64,000 nucleotides of DNA, from contig UYFQ01000032.1 in assembly GCA_900617105.1 (NCBI GenBank), positions 124,001 through 188,000 of the forward strand, written 5' to 3'. Every line of letters begins with the position of its first letter. Positions within the stretch are counted from its first letter, which is position 1. Both the position numbers and the translations under genes were made by a program. Shown one piece after another: positions 11,516 to 21,993 of the stretch. The DNA comes from Hydrurus foetidus. Its lineage: Eukaryota. The notes below the pieces were generated by a model. That model was not told the DNA's origin, searched no databases, and was given only the letters and a program-made list of their open reading frames with translations.

Positions 11516-12093
11516 GGTGCGGCTGGAATGTTGAGGGCTTGCCAACCGTCGCGGCCCAGTGCGGTCAAGGTACGGATGTTGTTCTCGTAGATGGCAGAGG
11601 CATCAGGAAAGGCGGCGACAGCGCGGTCTAGGCTGGCTTCGCGCAGCAGGTGCAGCACGGGGTATGGCGAGCGGTTGGTGAAGTTGCTGATGTCGTCTTC
11701 GGAGGCATCCGCGAACTGGTAGTGGGGGTGAAAGCTGGCGATTTGGAAGATGCCTTCAAGCCCAAGTTTGCGCAGTGCTTTCTGTGCTTTGGGGAGGAAG
11801 GCGTTGTAGTCCATGAAATCTTGCAGGCAATCGGTTGCTATCAAAATAGTAGTATCTCGCGCTGATGGAGACTGCGCACTCAGGTCATTCAGCTCTGAAA
11901 CGAGTTGGGCGAGCAGTTGCTGTGGATCGGTGTCGGTACACACGGCGTAATGAATTTGGCCTTTGGTGTGGACGGCTTTGGCGAATGGGCACAGGTTGAG
12001 ACCAATCACGGCACGCTCTAGCCAGGCGATGGTGTCCTGCTGGGCAAGGGTAGACCGTTCATCAGCAGGGGAAGTGGGGATGGGAAGGGTCAT
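11512..12093 (-). CDS. DUF1415-family protein
   Basis: WLERAVIGLNLCPFA, QIASFHP.YQF, NFTNRSPYP.LHLLRE. Confidence 0.88.
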   Translation of the reverse strand: MTLPIPTSPADERSTLAQQDTIAWLERAVIGLNLCPFAKAVHTKGQIHYAVCTDTDPQQLLAQLVSELNDLSAQSPSARDTTILIATDCLQDFMDYNAFLPKAQKALRKLGLEGIFQIASFHPHYQFADASEDDISNFTNRSPYPVLHLLREASLDRAVAAFPDASAIYENNIRTLTALGRDGWQALNIPAAP

Positions 12094-13283
12094 GGGACTG
12101 CCCCTGTCAGCCGGGCATGTTCGCGGGTGGCAAAGCGATCGGTCATCCCAGCGATGTAATCGGCCACCACGCGGGCACGGGTGCTGTCGGTCAAGGTGGC
12201 ATCGGCTTGGGCGGTAAAGCCGGACTGCATCTCACTGGGCGTGGTCAAGTAGATGGGGAACAACTCCGCGACGATGCGCTTGGCCTGCGCCATGCTCTGC
12301 ACGACCTGGGGGTGGCGGTACAAATTGTGAAACAAGAAGTGCTTGAGGGCATTGGATTCGCGGCGCATGCCATCGCCAAACATGACCAACGAACGACTGG
12401 CACGCACGGCCTCTACAGACGCAGGGTTGACGGCTTGAATGGCCAACTGGGTTGCGTTGATCACGTCATACACCTGGGTGCTGAGCATCCGGCGTATGGC
12501 CTCGTAAAGCAGGCGACGCGGGCTGGTGGCGAGATGCGGGTGCTCGCGCAGGGCTTCTGCACGAAAGCGGTCAAACAGGGGGACGTCTTGCAGTTGCGTC
12601 AGGGTGATGAGGCCGGAGCGCACGCCATCGTCAATGTCATGCGCGTTGTAGGCAATCTCATCGGCCAAGTTGCAGAGTTGGGCCTCCAAGCTGGGTTGGC
12701 CTTGCGTGAGGAAGCGTTGGGCCACACCGCCAGGTTCTTGGGCGTTGAGTTGTGCGGCGTTGGTGCGGGAACAGTGCTTGAGGATGCCTTCGCGGGTCTC
12801 AAAGCACAGGTTCAGGCCGTTGTAGGCGGGGTAGCGCTCTTCCAATTCATCCACAACGCGCAGGCTTTGCAGGTTGTGCTCAAAGCCTCCGTGCTGGCGC
12901 ATGCAGTCGTCCAACGCGTCTTGCCCAGCGTGTCCAAAGGGGGTGTGGCCGAGGTCATGGGCCAGGGCGATGGCTTCCACGAGATCTTCATTCAGACGCA
13001 GGGTGCGGGCAATGGAGCGGCCCAGTTGCGCGACTTCGAGCGAATGGGTCAGCCGAGTGCGGAACAAATCCCCTTCGTGGTTCAAAAACACCTGGGTTTT
13101 GTAGACCAAGCGGCGAAAGGCGGTCGAGTGGACGATGCGATCCCGGTCGCGCTGAAACTCGGTGCGCGTGGGTGCCACAGGCTCTGGGTAGCGACGGCCC
13201 CGTGTGGCGGCGGGGTCACAGGCGTAAGGCGCAAGTGCGGCTGTGAGTGTGATCGGAGGAGCAAGCACTGTAACTGCCGTCAT
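12090..13283 (-). CDS. dgt: dGTP triphosphohydrolase
   Basis: [51 protein letters not shown]; usual position after aroB. Confidence 0.95.
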   Translation of the reverse strand: MTAVTVLAPPITLTAALAPYACDPAATRGRRYPEPVAPTRTEFQRDRDRIVHSTAFRRLVYKTQVFLNHEGDLFRTRLTHSLEVAQLGRSIARTLRLNEDLVEAIALAHDLGHTPFGHAGQDALDDCMRQHGGFEHNLQSLRVVDELEERYPAYNGLNLCFETREGILKHCSRTNAAQLNAQEPGGVAQRFLTQGQPSLEAQLCNLADEIAYNAHDIDDGVRSGLITLTQLQDVPLFDRFRAEALREHPHLATSPRRLLYEAIRRMLSTQVYDVINATQLAIQAVNPASVEAVRASRSLVMFGDGMRRESNALKHFLFHNLYRHPQVVQSMAQAKRIVAELFPIYLTTPSEMQSGFTAQADATLTDSTRARVVADYIAGMTDRFATREHARLTGAVP

Positions 13284-14395
13284 AGCGCGGGGTCAACGCG
13301 ACAGTTTTGCTCGATGACTTCAGCGACCATTTCATCGGGGGCTTTGCGCACTGACGCACTGCCAGGCGCATCAATCACCACGAATTTGATTTGCCCACCT
13401 TCTGATTTTTTGTCGATACGCATCAAATCCAGATAGCGTGCAGCACCGAGTTGGGGGCCAACGGTTGGCAGACCGGCTTTGGCAATCAGCTGGGTGAGGC
13501 GCTGCACGAAACTGGGATCAATCAAACCCAAACGCTCAGACAAGCGAGCCGCCATCACCATGCCACAGCCTACGGCTTCACCATGCAGCCACACGCCGTA
13601 GCCCATGCCAGATTCGATGGCATGGCCAAAGGTGTGGCCGAAATTCAAAATGGCACGCAAACCCGATTCACGCTCGTCTTGGGACACGACCCAGGCTTTG
13701 ATTTCACAACTGCGCTTGACAGCATAGGCCAGGGCCACACGGTCGCCACTGCGTAAAGCAACGAGGTTTTCCTCAATCCAATCCAGAAAGGCCAAGTCGT
13801 TGATGGGGCCGTATTTAATGACCTCCGCCAAACCGGCACTGAGTTCGCGGGCTGGCAGCGTGCTCAGGGTCGCAATGTCACACACGACCAGCGCAGGCTG
13901 GTAGAACGCGCCAATCATGTTTTTACCCAACGGGTGATTGATAGCCGTTTTGCCACCAACCGACGAATCCACCTGGGCCAGCAAGGTAGTGGGCACTTGC
14001 ACAAAGGGCACACCACGCATGTAGCTGGCAGCGGCAAAGCCCGTCATATCGCCCACCACACCACCGCCGAGGGCGAACAAGACGGTGTGGCGATCGCAGG
14101 TGTTTTCCAGCAGCGCATCAAAAATCAGGTTCAGCGTTTGCCATGTTTTATTGACTTCTCCATCAGGCAACACCACTGTGTGGATCTGTGGGTAATGCGC
14201 ACTCAAGGCTGCAGCGAGGGCATCGCGGTAGAGCGGGCCCACCGTGGTGTTGGTGACGATGAGGGCGCAGGTGGCACGAGGCAAATCGGCGTAGGTATCA
14301 GGGTTGCCTAAGAGCGAGGTGCCGATGGCGATGCGGTAACTGCGGTCGCCAAAATCAATGGCTACGTTTTGGGTGAGAAGTTCGGGGTTATGCAT
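13280..14395 (-). CDS. aroB: 3-dehydroquinate synthase
   Basis: [40 protein letters not shown]. Confidence 0.97.
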   Translation of the reverse strand: MHNPELLTQNVAIDFGDRSYRIAIGTSLLGNPDTYADLPRATCALIVTNTTVGPLYRDALAAALSAHYPQIHTVVLPDGEVNKTWQTLNLIFDALLENTCDRHTVLFALGGGVVGDMTGFAAASYMRGVPFVQVPTTLLAQVDSSVGGKTAINHPLGKNMIGAFYQPALVVCDIATLSTLPARELSAGLAEVIKYGPINDLAFLDWIEENLVALRSGDRVALAYAVKRSCEIKAWVVSQDERESGLRAILNFGHTFGHAIESGMGYGVWLHGEAVGCGMVMAARLSERLGLIDPSFVQRLTQLIAKAGLPTVGPQLGAARYLDLMRIDKKSEGGQIKFVVIDAPGSASVRKAPDEMVAEVIEQNCRVDPAL

Positions 14396-14416
14396 ACCCC
14401 AAGTTTAGAGCAGCGC

Positions 14417-14941
14417 TTAAGGCTCAGGCTGCCCAGCCGCCATCTCAAGCTGCATCACGATCATATTGACCAAAGTAGCCACAGAGGGACGGCCTGTTTC
14501 AACCACAAAATGTGCCGCTTCGCGGTAGAGGGGGTCACGTATTTTGTACAGCTCACGCAACCGCGCCATAGGGTCGCCGACTTGGAGCAAAGGACGGTTT
14601 TGGTCATGACGTACACGGCGGTACACCTCTTCAGGCGATGAGTGCAGGTAAATCACTGTGCCGCGCTGCTTGAGGTGCAGTCGATTTTCAGGGCGCAAAA
14701 CGGAGCCACCGCCCGTGGCCATCACACCGCGATGACCCAGACTGAGTTCGTCAATGACTTGCGCTTCAATGTCGCGAAAAGCAGGTTCGCCTTCGCGTTC
14801 AAAAAAATCACGGATGGAGCAACCCAGACGCTGCTCAACCACCACGTCCGTGTCAATGCTGGGCAAACCCAATCTGCGACCCAACTGCCGCCCGATAGTG
14901 GATTTGCCTGAACCGGGCAGGCCGACAAGAAAGCAGTTCAA
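14417..14941 (-). CDS. aroK: Shikimate kinase
   Basis: GLPGSGKSTIG, GEPAFR, ATGGG, RPLL; TTG start overlaps the upstream stop (TTGA). Confidence 0.95.
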   Translation of the reverse strand: MNCFLVGLPGSGKSTIGRQLGRRLGLPSIDTDVVVEQRLGCSIRDFFEREGEPAFRDIEAQVIDELSLGHRGVMATGGGSVLRPENRLHLKQRGTVIYLHSSPEEVYRRVRHDQNRPLLQVGDPMARLRELYKIRDPLYREAAHFVVETGRPSVATLVNMIVMQLEMAAGQPEP

Positions 14942-16713
14942 TTGATGAAAAACTTAACCGTCTGGATGCCTGACGGCTTCGAGGTCACGGTAATTTTGAT
15001 CGTCATAGTGGCGCAGCCGGCATCGCCATTGAGCAACATACCGTAGTTGCCAACTACTTTCGAGTCGGAATCTGGGGCGGGTTGGCTCAAAATTTTGCAG
15101 GAGCCCGTTGACGTGGCAGTCGCAATCAGTTCGGCCACTACGGTGGTGCCTGCCGCCATAGGGTTGCCATTCAAGTCCGTCACCGTCATGTTGAAAGCCA
15201 ATGCATCGCGACTGACCTGTGTGATTTTGGCCTGTGAAGTAGCCCAAATCACCTCAAACCGCTGACGCACACGGATGAAATTGCTCCACGTACCATCACA
15301 GGTGTTGGCAATCCCAATATCGGTACCAATGCACGCAGAAGCACCCGCGTTACCGCCTGGGATGGCCTGGTCTACGCCAAAGTCGTACACAAAGTTGGCA
15401 TTGGTGTCCAAATAAGCTTGACCCAAATCCGTGAATGGTTCGCCAGGCTCCCATTGGTTATTGCCGTTCAAATCAATGAAAGTTTCTTCACCATCGGCAT
15501 AGGCCAATACGGTCACACGCCCGTTGGCAGGACGCACACCTGAGCTGATCAGCTTGACTTTGCACGACGATGTTGCGCTCAAGGTGCATGAACCTTTAGA
15601 GTCGGTAATGATGCTGGTTACCACTTCTGTGGCCGTACCCGTCGTTGAGTTGGTCAAAATGGACGTGGTGGTTCCCGTCACAAAAGTGCCGATCAAACCA
15701 TGCGAAGTGACAAAGCTCACCACAGTTCCTTGCGGGATAGGATTGCCAAGCCTGTCTGTCGCGATAACGGTCAATTCGTTGGAAACACCGTCTAAGTTAA
15801 AAGCCTCAACCACGGTGTTAGTGGCAGAAATGGACATAGTCTTTTGACTCAAACGTCCGCTGCTGACAGATAAACCTGCGGACGATGCGATAACCGCAGG
15901 GTTAGACACCAGTGCTGCATTCACGACCACCCCTGTAGGTAAGGAGCCAGAACTGACCACGATCTGGGCTATGCCATCAATATCAGAAATCACAGTTTGC
16001 GATGCAGTGCTGCTGCTGCCTGTCGCAGTGATAAAGGTGACACCGGCCTTTAATGACTGTGAGTCGAGACTCAACTTCACCGATTGGCTCGGAACCCCTA
16101 TACCCGTTTGGTTAACAACTTTGAATTTAACTGTTGATTGCCTAGCCCCCGCCGTAGCGGTTGAAATCACAATTTGAGCAGGCGTAGCAGCCGAAAACAC
16201 AATACTGGTTGGAATCGCGGCAGCAAGTGAACTCACTTGGTACGGCAATGTGGTCGTCAATTGGACGGTGCTGACTTTGCTGGTTGCAATGAGATTCGCA
16301 GCACCCAAAGCAGTTCCAACCAGTTGCACTTTAACAATACCCTTGGCGTCTGTCAGGCTGGTAATGCGAGACACGGTAACCGTCCCCGTGGGCGTTGTGG
16401 CAATCACCGTCGTGGTGCCGTTCACGAACGATCCATAAGCAGGATCCGTCGTGAATGTCACCAATTGATTGGGCAATGCCACACCCCCGCTGTCACGTAA
16501 CTGCCCCTGCGCAATATAGGCGGTGGAATTAAGCCCAATGGTGTTGTTGGTAATAACCGTGCCAGAAGCATCGGTCAACTTAAGCAACATGGTGGAGCCG
16601 GTGCCTGGGGTGTTGAGCTGGGTAACGAGCGCTGCATCGTCATCAGAGGCACCGCCGCATGCGGTGAGGATAGCTATTGCCACCATTATTAACAGACGAC
16701 GAACCAGATCCAT
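14938..16713 (-). CDS. Lipoprotein with tandem invasin/intimin-type Ig-like domains and Ca-binding-like loops
   Basis: Lipobox ILTAC-GG; Ig-like repeats (LRDSGGVALPNQLVTF, VVNQTGIGVPSQSVKL, ATDRLGNPIPQGTVVSF); FIDLNGNNQWEPGE and LDTNANFVYD loops; Thr/Ser-rich. Confidence 0.75.
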   Translation of the reverse strand: MDLVRRLLIMVAIAILTACGGASDDDAALVTQLNTPGTGSTMLLKLTDASGTVITNNTIGLNSTAYIAQGQLRDSGGVALPNQLVTFTTDPAYGSFVNGTTTVIATTPTGTVTVSRITSLTDAKGIVKVQLVGTALGAANLIATSKVSTVQLTTTLPYQVSSLAAAIPTSIVFSAATPAQIVISTATAGARQSTVKFKVVNQTGIGVPSQSVKLSLDSQSLKAGVTFITATGSSSTASQTVISDIDGIAQIVVSSGSLPTGVVVNAALVSNPAVIASSAGLSVSSGRLSQKTMSISATNTVVEAFNLDGVSNELTVIATDRLGNPIPQGTVVSFVTSHGLIGTFVTGTTTSILTNSTTGTATEVVTSIITDSKGSCTLSATSSCKVKLISSGVRPANGRVTVLAYADGEETFIDLNGNNQWEPGEPFTDLGQAYLDTNANFVYDFGVDQAIPGGNAGASACIGTDIGIANTCDGTWSNFIRVRQRFEVIWATSQAKITQVSRDALAFNMTVTDLNGNPMAAGTTVVAELIATATSTGSCKILSQPAPDSDSKVVGNYGMLLNGDAGCATMTIKITVTSKPSGIQTVKFFIN

Positions 16714-16754
16714 GACGCAAAAACCTTTGAGAAAGAAAATTTAATTAATTCAAT

Positions 16755-18545
16755 TCAATCAAGTGAATTGCAAGTATTTATTCCATAAGGGGGAGTTTTG
16801 AACGAGCCATTGATACTATCACCGGCAAGAGCTTCGGTAATGAATTTCCGCTCGTTTGTACCCTGTGATCCACCCACATTTGCAGTAACACGTATTGTGT
16901 AAGCAAGCCAAGTTGCGAATCGTTGTGAATATTCAACTTTAATTTGCAATATTCCACTTGAATTTGTAGCCGTAATAGCAGGATCAAAATAACTGATCAA
17001 CAAATCACTTTTACGCGGCTGCAAAGTAGGCTGATTATTATTATCTACACTCCCATCAACATTCTCACCAAAGTCAACAAATCCATTTCTATTTGCATCC
17101 TCATTGTGACACCAAGCCCTAATTCCGCCAACAGAATCTAATGGAAAATCAGTTAAAAGAGGAGAAGGAACTTGAGGTATAGAGTAAGTATAAAAACCTT
17201 TACCATAATGCGTCAAATCAACAGAAATATCTACAGGTGCATTTGGAATAGGTTTTCCAGCAGAATCGGCCACTGTTACTACAAATTTCTTTATGTATGT
17301 TCCACCACCATTTGCAAGAAGGTTATCATCACCTATTGAAATTGCCAATGCCTGCCCTGAAACAGTCAATGTCGAAGTAACTGAGCGCGCAGTCCCTACC
17401 AAAGTTGTGCTTAAAAATTTCCCCCCACTATCTGTATTTATGCAATCATTACTAGCTGATAAAAAATCAGAAGCAGCATAACATGCTTGCAAAATAATGC
17501 CATTTGTAGGACTAGCGTTTTGACCAGAAATATACTGAGCTAAAGCCACACCACTTGTATCGGTATAGACTGTATCTGTTCCCGTTGTGATAGATGAAAG
17601 AACAGTGGGCGCACCTATTGTGAGATCAGAAAAGCGTACCCGTACATTAGGTATGGGTTTATTTTGTGAATCAAGAAGCAAGAATCGTAAAGTTGATTTA
17701 TTCGTCGATGTACCAGGAGAATTTGTAAGTAGCACATTGGGTGTAGCGGCCAAAGAAGGCGTAGCATTTGCAGGTATGGTGGCTACGTCAATGATGGCGC
17801 TGGGTGGTACTACTTTAATCGAATAGTCTATCGAGACAACACCAGAACCTGTTCCATTAATAGAATAAGCTCCTGGAACTGTCGGTGCAGCTACAGTTGT
17901 AGTTACAACCCCAAGTGAATCAGTCACAAGAATTCTTCCGACCAATTCAGGAATATTACCTCCCATCGTAATTTTTGAATTTGCAATAGCACTTCCGGCA
18001 GAATCGACAAGATTTGCGGACAATGTAATTGTTTTCCCAGCTAAAGAACTGATAGGGCTGATTTGAAAAGCAAGTTTACTGCCTGCAACCTGAACAGATA
18101 TACGCTTTACGATACCATTAACAGTGGCCTGCACAATCAAAGATCTATCCGACTTATCAGCACCCATAGTTACATTTGCCGCATAAGAACCAGTTGCATC
18201 CGTGACTGCAGCCCCAACAGGTGTAATTACTGCATTTTGATCTACTGTCATTTTCACATCACTACCCACAACGATATTTCGCGATGCATCCAATGTAATA
18301 ACAGTAACAATGATTTTATCTGTATTTATATTTTTTAGAATATTTTTATCGGCATAAAGCACAAAATCCGTGACCTTTAAAGTTGCCGTATTGACAACAA
18401 CAGTAACTGTGGATGTTGTAGTTGTAGTTGTAGTTGTAGTTGTAGTTGTAGCTACTGACGCTCCCGGGTTGCCGCCACCACCACCACAGGCCAATACTAC
18501 AAATGCAAGCAGGACCATTGTCCATATTTTAAAAAAGTTAATCAT
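16755..18545 (-). CDS. Second Ig-like-domain lipoprotein with poly-Thr linker
   Basis: Lipobox VVLAC-GGGGG, Thr12, Ig-like repeats (LVDSAGSAIANSKI, LLDSQNKPIPNVRVRF, VADSAGKPIPNAPVDI), CHNEDANRNGFVDFGE loop; AT-rich. Confidence 0.75.
   Translation of the reverse strand: MINFFKIWTMVLLAFVVLACGGGGGNPGASVATTTTTTTTTTTTSTVTVVVNTATLKVTDFVLYADKNILKNINTDKIIVTVITLDASRNIVVGSDVKMTVDQNAVITPVGAAVTDATGSYAANVTMGADKSDRSLIVQATVNGIVKRISVQVAGSKLAFQISPISSLAGKTITLSANLVDSAGSAIANSKITMGGNIPELVGRILVTDSLGVVTTTVAAPTVPGAYSINGTGSGVVSIDYSIKVVPPSAIIDVATIPANATPSLAATPNVLLTNSPGTSTNKSTLRFLLLDSQNKPIPNVRVRFSDLTIGAPTVLSSITTGTDTVYTDTSGVALAQYISGQNASPTNGIILQACYAASDFLSASNDCINTDSGGKFLSTTLVGTARSVTSTLTVSGQALAISIGDDNLLANGGGTYIKKFVVTVADSAGKPIPNAPVDISVDLTHYGKGFYTYSIPQVPSPLLTDFPLDSVGGIRAWCHNEDANRNGFVDFGENVDGSVDNNNQPTLQPRKSDLLISYFDPAITATNSSGILQIKVEYSQRFATWLAYTIRVTANVGGSQGTNERKFITEALAGDSINGSFKTPPYGINTCNSLD
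18415..18450. repeat. (GTTGTA)6 tandem hexamer encoding a Thr linker
   Basis: Six perfect copies visible in the sequence. Confidence 0.95.
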
Positions 18546-18579
18546 ATTAATTACAAAATATCAAAAAACACTCAATCAC

Positions 18580-20706
18580 TTACCGTGCAGCAGCCAAATC
18601 AACCAACATTTTTGGAGTAATAAATATTAACAATTCACTCTTAGTTGAACTTTTAGATTTATTTTTAAATAAATTACCCAAATAAGGAATATCACCCAAT
18701 ATTGGAACTCTATTTTCCGTCTCTGACTCAAGCAATGTAAAAATACCACCAATCACGACTGTACCGCCATTTTCAACTAACACTTGAGTTTTGATGTGTT
18801 TGGTATCAATAGCATAGCCACCCACGGTTAAAATACCTAAGGTGTCTTTATTTACATCCAAATCCAAAATGATATTGCCTTCAGGCGTAATCTGAGGAGT
18901 TACTTCCAGCTTTAAATTAGCTTTGCGAAAAGCAATTGATGTGGCACCACTGGAAGTAGCAATTTGGTAAGGAAGCTCTGTGCCTTGCTCAATCAATGCT
19001 TTGGTTTGGTTCGCAGTAACAACCCGGGGGCTTGCAACTTCTTTACCCTTACCATCAGATTCCAAGGCAGAAATTTCAAGGTTTAAAAACCGATTGGCGG
19101 CCGCATTGAAAATAGACACCGCAAAACTGGCTACATTGGATGTATCAGACGTTGCAGGTAAATTCACAAAATTACTGGTGGTGTTCACCGACCCACCCGC
19201 ACCACTGCTTGCAACGGCATTGCTGTAGCTGGTGCCAAAAGCAATACTGTTTCCTCCAATGACCTGATAACCACCAGTCCCTCCATTTTGCGCACGCTGA
19301 TCTGTAGCCCCCAAGCGAACACCCAGTGATTTTCCAAAAGTATCTTTAGCCTCAACAATGCGTGCTTCAATCAAAACTTGACGCACAGCAATATCGAGCT
19401 TGCTGATCATCGTTTGAATTTGTTCCAAGCGACTGCTGATATCGGTCACGAACAGCTGATTGGTTCTGGGCTCCGCAATGATACTGCCACGGGTAGACAG
19501 CATACGGGCGCTGGCATTAATGCCACTTACAGGTGGTGCAATTTGCAATGCAATATCTGCAGCACGGGTGTAATTAAGCTGGAAAGATTGTGTCCTCAAC
19601 GGTTCCAAATTTTGAATGGCTGCACGAGACTCTAATTCCAATTTTTCTTTAGCATTAAGTTCTTCTTTAGGTGCAATCCACAACACATTGTCTGTTTTTC
19701 GCATCCCCAAGCCCTTGGCTTGCATAATGATATCCAAAGCCTGATCCCAAGGAACGTCTTTCAACCGCAAGGTGACAGCACCAGTTACGGAGTCTGATGT
19801 GATGATGTTGAAATTGGTAAAGTCAGCAATCACTTGCAACAAAGAACGAACATCAATATTTTGGAAATTAAGTGACAGCTTCTCACCGGTAAAACCAGGT
19901 CCCTGCGTCAGTTTTGCAGGGTCAATTTTTTGATTTCTGACCTCCACCACAAATTGATTGTCAGTTTGGTAAGCACTGTGTTCCCATTGACCCTTTGGTT
20001 CAATTACCATGCGAACCCTGTCGCCAATCGAAAAGGCTGTGACCGTTTGCACAGGCGTGCCGAAATCAGCAACGTCCAAACGCCGACGTAAACCTTCAGG
20101 CAGTGATGATTTGAGAAACTCAACAACCAGTGTTTGACCTTGTTGGCGAATATCAACACCGACTTGGTTATTCGGCAACGCCACAATGATGCGAGCTACG
20201 TTGTCTAAGCCGCGCCGAAAATCGATATCTTTCAGTGGTAAGTTTTCTGGGTTCCGATTTTCTGCAAAAACTGAAACAGCACTGGCAACAGGTGCCACAC
20301 CAGCCACAGGATCCAAAACAACCCAGAGCGAATTACCTTTCCACTCGGCCTTATAGGCAGTAGCTTGTTTCAGATTCAACACCACACGAGTGCGCTCACC
20401 GGCCTGGATCACACTGACAGATTTCACATTACCCTGATTAATCTCAACCACAGAGCGACCAAGCGCATTTCCAACACCCGGGAAATCTAACGCAATTCTG
20501 GCGGGAGACTGGATGGTGAAACCCGTAGGCACAGCGGGCAAGGCAGCGGACACATCAATGCGCACCACCTCAACACCAGCCTGCACAGAACCTGTGACGG
20601 ACTCAATCATGCCTTGAGCAGAAGCGATTACCGGAACTATGGCCAGCGCCAATGCAAGCAGGGTACCATGGCACCAATTTCGAACCGTTTTTGCAGATTT
20701 TTTCAT
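18580..20706 (-). CDS. pilQ: Type IV pilus secretin PilQ
   Basis: AMIN-like N-terminus, LSLNFQNI, VPWDQALD, QVLIEARIVE, LEVTPQIT, VPILGDIPYLGNLF. Confidence 0.96.
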   Translation of the reverse strand: MKKSAKTVRNWCHGTLLALALAIVPVIASAQGMIESVTGSVQAGVEVVRIDVSAALPAVPTGFTIQSPARIALDFPGVGNALGRSVVEINQGNVKSVSVIQAGERTRVVLNLKQATAYKAEWKGNSLWVVLDPVAGVAPVASAVSVFAENRNPENLPLKDIDFRRGLDNVARIIVALPNNQVGVDIRQQGQTLVVEFLKSSLPEGLRRRLDVADFGTPVQTVTAFSIGDRVRMVIEPKGQWEHSAYQTDNQFVVEVRNQKIDPAKLTQGPGFTGEKLSLNFQNIDVRSLLQVIADFTNFNIITSDSVTGAVTLRLKDVPWDQALDIIMQAKGLGMRKTDNVLWIAPKEELNAKEKLELESRAAIQNLEPLRTQSFQLNYTRAADIALQIAPPVSGINASARMLSTRGSIIAEPRTNQLFVTDISSRLEQIQTMISKLDIAVRQVLIEARIVEAKDTFGKSLGVRLGATDQRAQNGGTGGYQVIGGNSIAFGTSYSNAVASSGAGGSVNTTSNFVNLPATSDTSNVASFAVSIFNAAANRFLNLEISALESDGKGKEVASPRVVTANQTKALIEQGTELPYQIATSSGATSIAFRKANLKLEVTPQITPEGNIILDLDVNKDTLGILTVGGYAIDTKHIKTQVLVENGGTVVIGGIFTLLESETENRVPILGDIPYLGNLFKNKSKSSTKSELLIFITPKMLVDLAAAR

Positions 20707-21248
20707 TTTGATTTCTCTTGCAATTGCAATGCTGCGGGACGCTCTGCCCATTCACCAGCCGCATCCTGCACAATTTCACGTAAGCGCACTTCTGTTTCAT
20801 TTACCTTTGTCACAAGCCCATAGTTCTGACCGAGATAGTTTCCAACACGAATTTGGTAAAGTAAATTATCCACTTTGACCAACGCCATTGTCTGCCCGCC
20901 CTTCACGATACTGCCCACCATCGTCATCACATCCAACGGCTGCGCCTCAAGTGCTTCTTTGCGACGACTGAGTTCAGGGGTAATTAACGCCGCATTCGCC
21001 GATGACTGTGAGGTGTCTTTTTTAAAGGCTTGCGACAGCTTTAAAAAATTGTAGGGGTCTGTCGTACCATCTTCGGTGTAATCCTGGGGTGTAAATTTCT
21101 TAGGCTCAGGAATGGGGGTCACGCGTGGCTTAGCTTGTGTGCGCTGCTCGTTCATCCAAGCTTGCAGGCCGTCATCGTCCATTGAACTGCATGCCGACAA
21201 ACCTGCTGTAGCAACAATTACGATTACTGAAAAAAATACGCCCCTCAT
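20703..21248 (-). CDS. pilP: Type IV pilus lipoprotein PilP
   Basis: LSAC lipobox, RRKEALE, GNYLGQNYG, GEWAER. Confidence 0.94.
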   Translation of the reverse strand: MRGVFFSVIVIVATAGLSACSSMDDDGLQAWMNEQRTQAKPRVTPIPEPKKFTPQDYTEDGTTDPYNFLKLSQAFKKDTSQSSANAALITPELSRRKEALEAQPLDVMTMVGSIVKGGQTMALVKVDNLLYQIRVGNYLGQNYGLVTKVNETEVRLREIVQDAAGEWAERPAALQLQEKSK

Positions 21249-21922
21249 TTCTTTGCTCCCGGAGTGGCAGATTTGCGCTGGGAAGCAACCTCTTCTGCGT
21301 CTAAGTAGCGGAATGTTTTAGCAGTGGCATCCATGACCAAGCTGCCATCTTTGGCACTTGCAGGAACGACCGTGAGGTTATTCAATGTCACGATACGTGA
21401 CAGATGAGCCACATCAGCTGCGAATGCGCCAATATCGTGGTATTTACCGGTGACACGCACAGCAATCGGTAACTCGGCATAATAATCTTTCACCACAACT
21501 TGGCCAGGACGAAACAATTCAAATTGAAGGCTGCGCCCCAAACCAGCTTGGTTCACATCTGAAAGCAGGGCATCCATTTCGGCCTTGCTGGGAAGCTGTT
21601 TTTCAAGTTGGGTCACATACTGCTGGACTTGTTCGCGTTGTTTTTTAAGGGCATCCAGGTTCACGGCTTGGATCAGTTTTTTCTTGTAATCCTCGCGCAA
21701 GACAACCTCTTTCGCACGCTCAGCGTCCAGCTCTTCGCTGTAGGTGCTCAACCATGCGAACCACAACCCTGAGATGACAAGTACAGCTAATCCTAGGTAC
21801 AGCGCATACTTGGGCAGGCTGGGCCATGACGAAGGATCATTGGGATTGAGCTCGCGAAACTGCGCCTGAATTTGCGACTGCAATTCAGAAAAATCGACTT
21901 TGAGCGCTAGCTTGTCTGCCAT
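21245..21922 (-). CDS. pilO: Type IV pilus protein PilO
   Basis: QLPSKAEMDALLSDVNQAG, YAELPI, YHDIGAF, RIVTL. Confidence 0.94.
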   Translation of the reverse strand: MADKLALKVDFSELQSQIQAQFRELNPNDPSSWPSLPKYALYLGLAVLVISGLWFAWLSTYSEELDAERAKEVVLREDYKKKLIQAVNLDALKKQREQVQQYVTQLEKQLPSKAEMDALLSDVNQAGLGRSLQFELFRPGQVVVKDYYAELPIAVRVTGKYHDIGAFAADVAHLSRIVTLNNLTVVPASAKDGSLVMDATAKTFRYLDAEEVASQRKSATPGAKK

Positions 21923-21993
21923 AACTGCGTGGGTAGTGTGCTTAAGGTGAAAAGGAAATTCAAAGGCGTCAAGATCGTGTGAGTTTGGTCAAG

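Noticed and set aside
12090..13283. dgt as an anti-phage dGTPase working with the nearby defence pair
   Set aside because: Host-like GC and the usual housekeeping position coupled to aroB.
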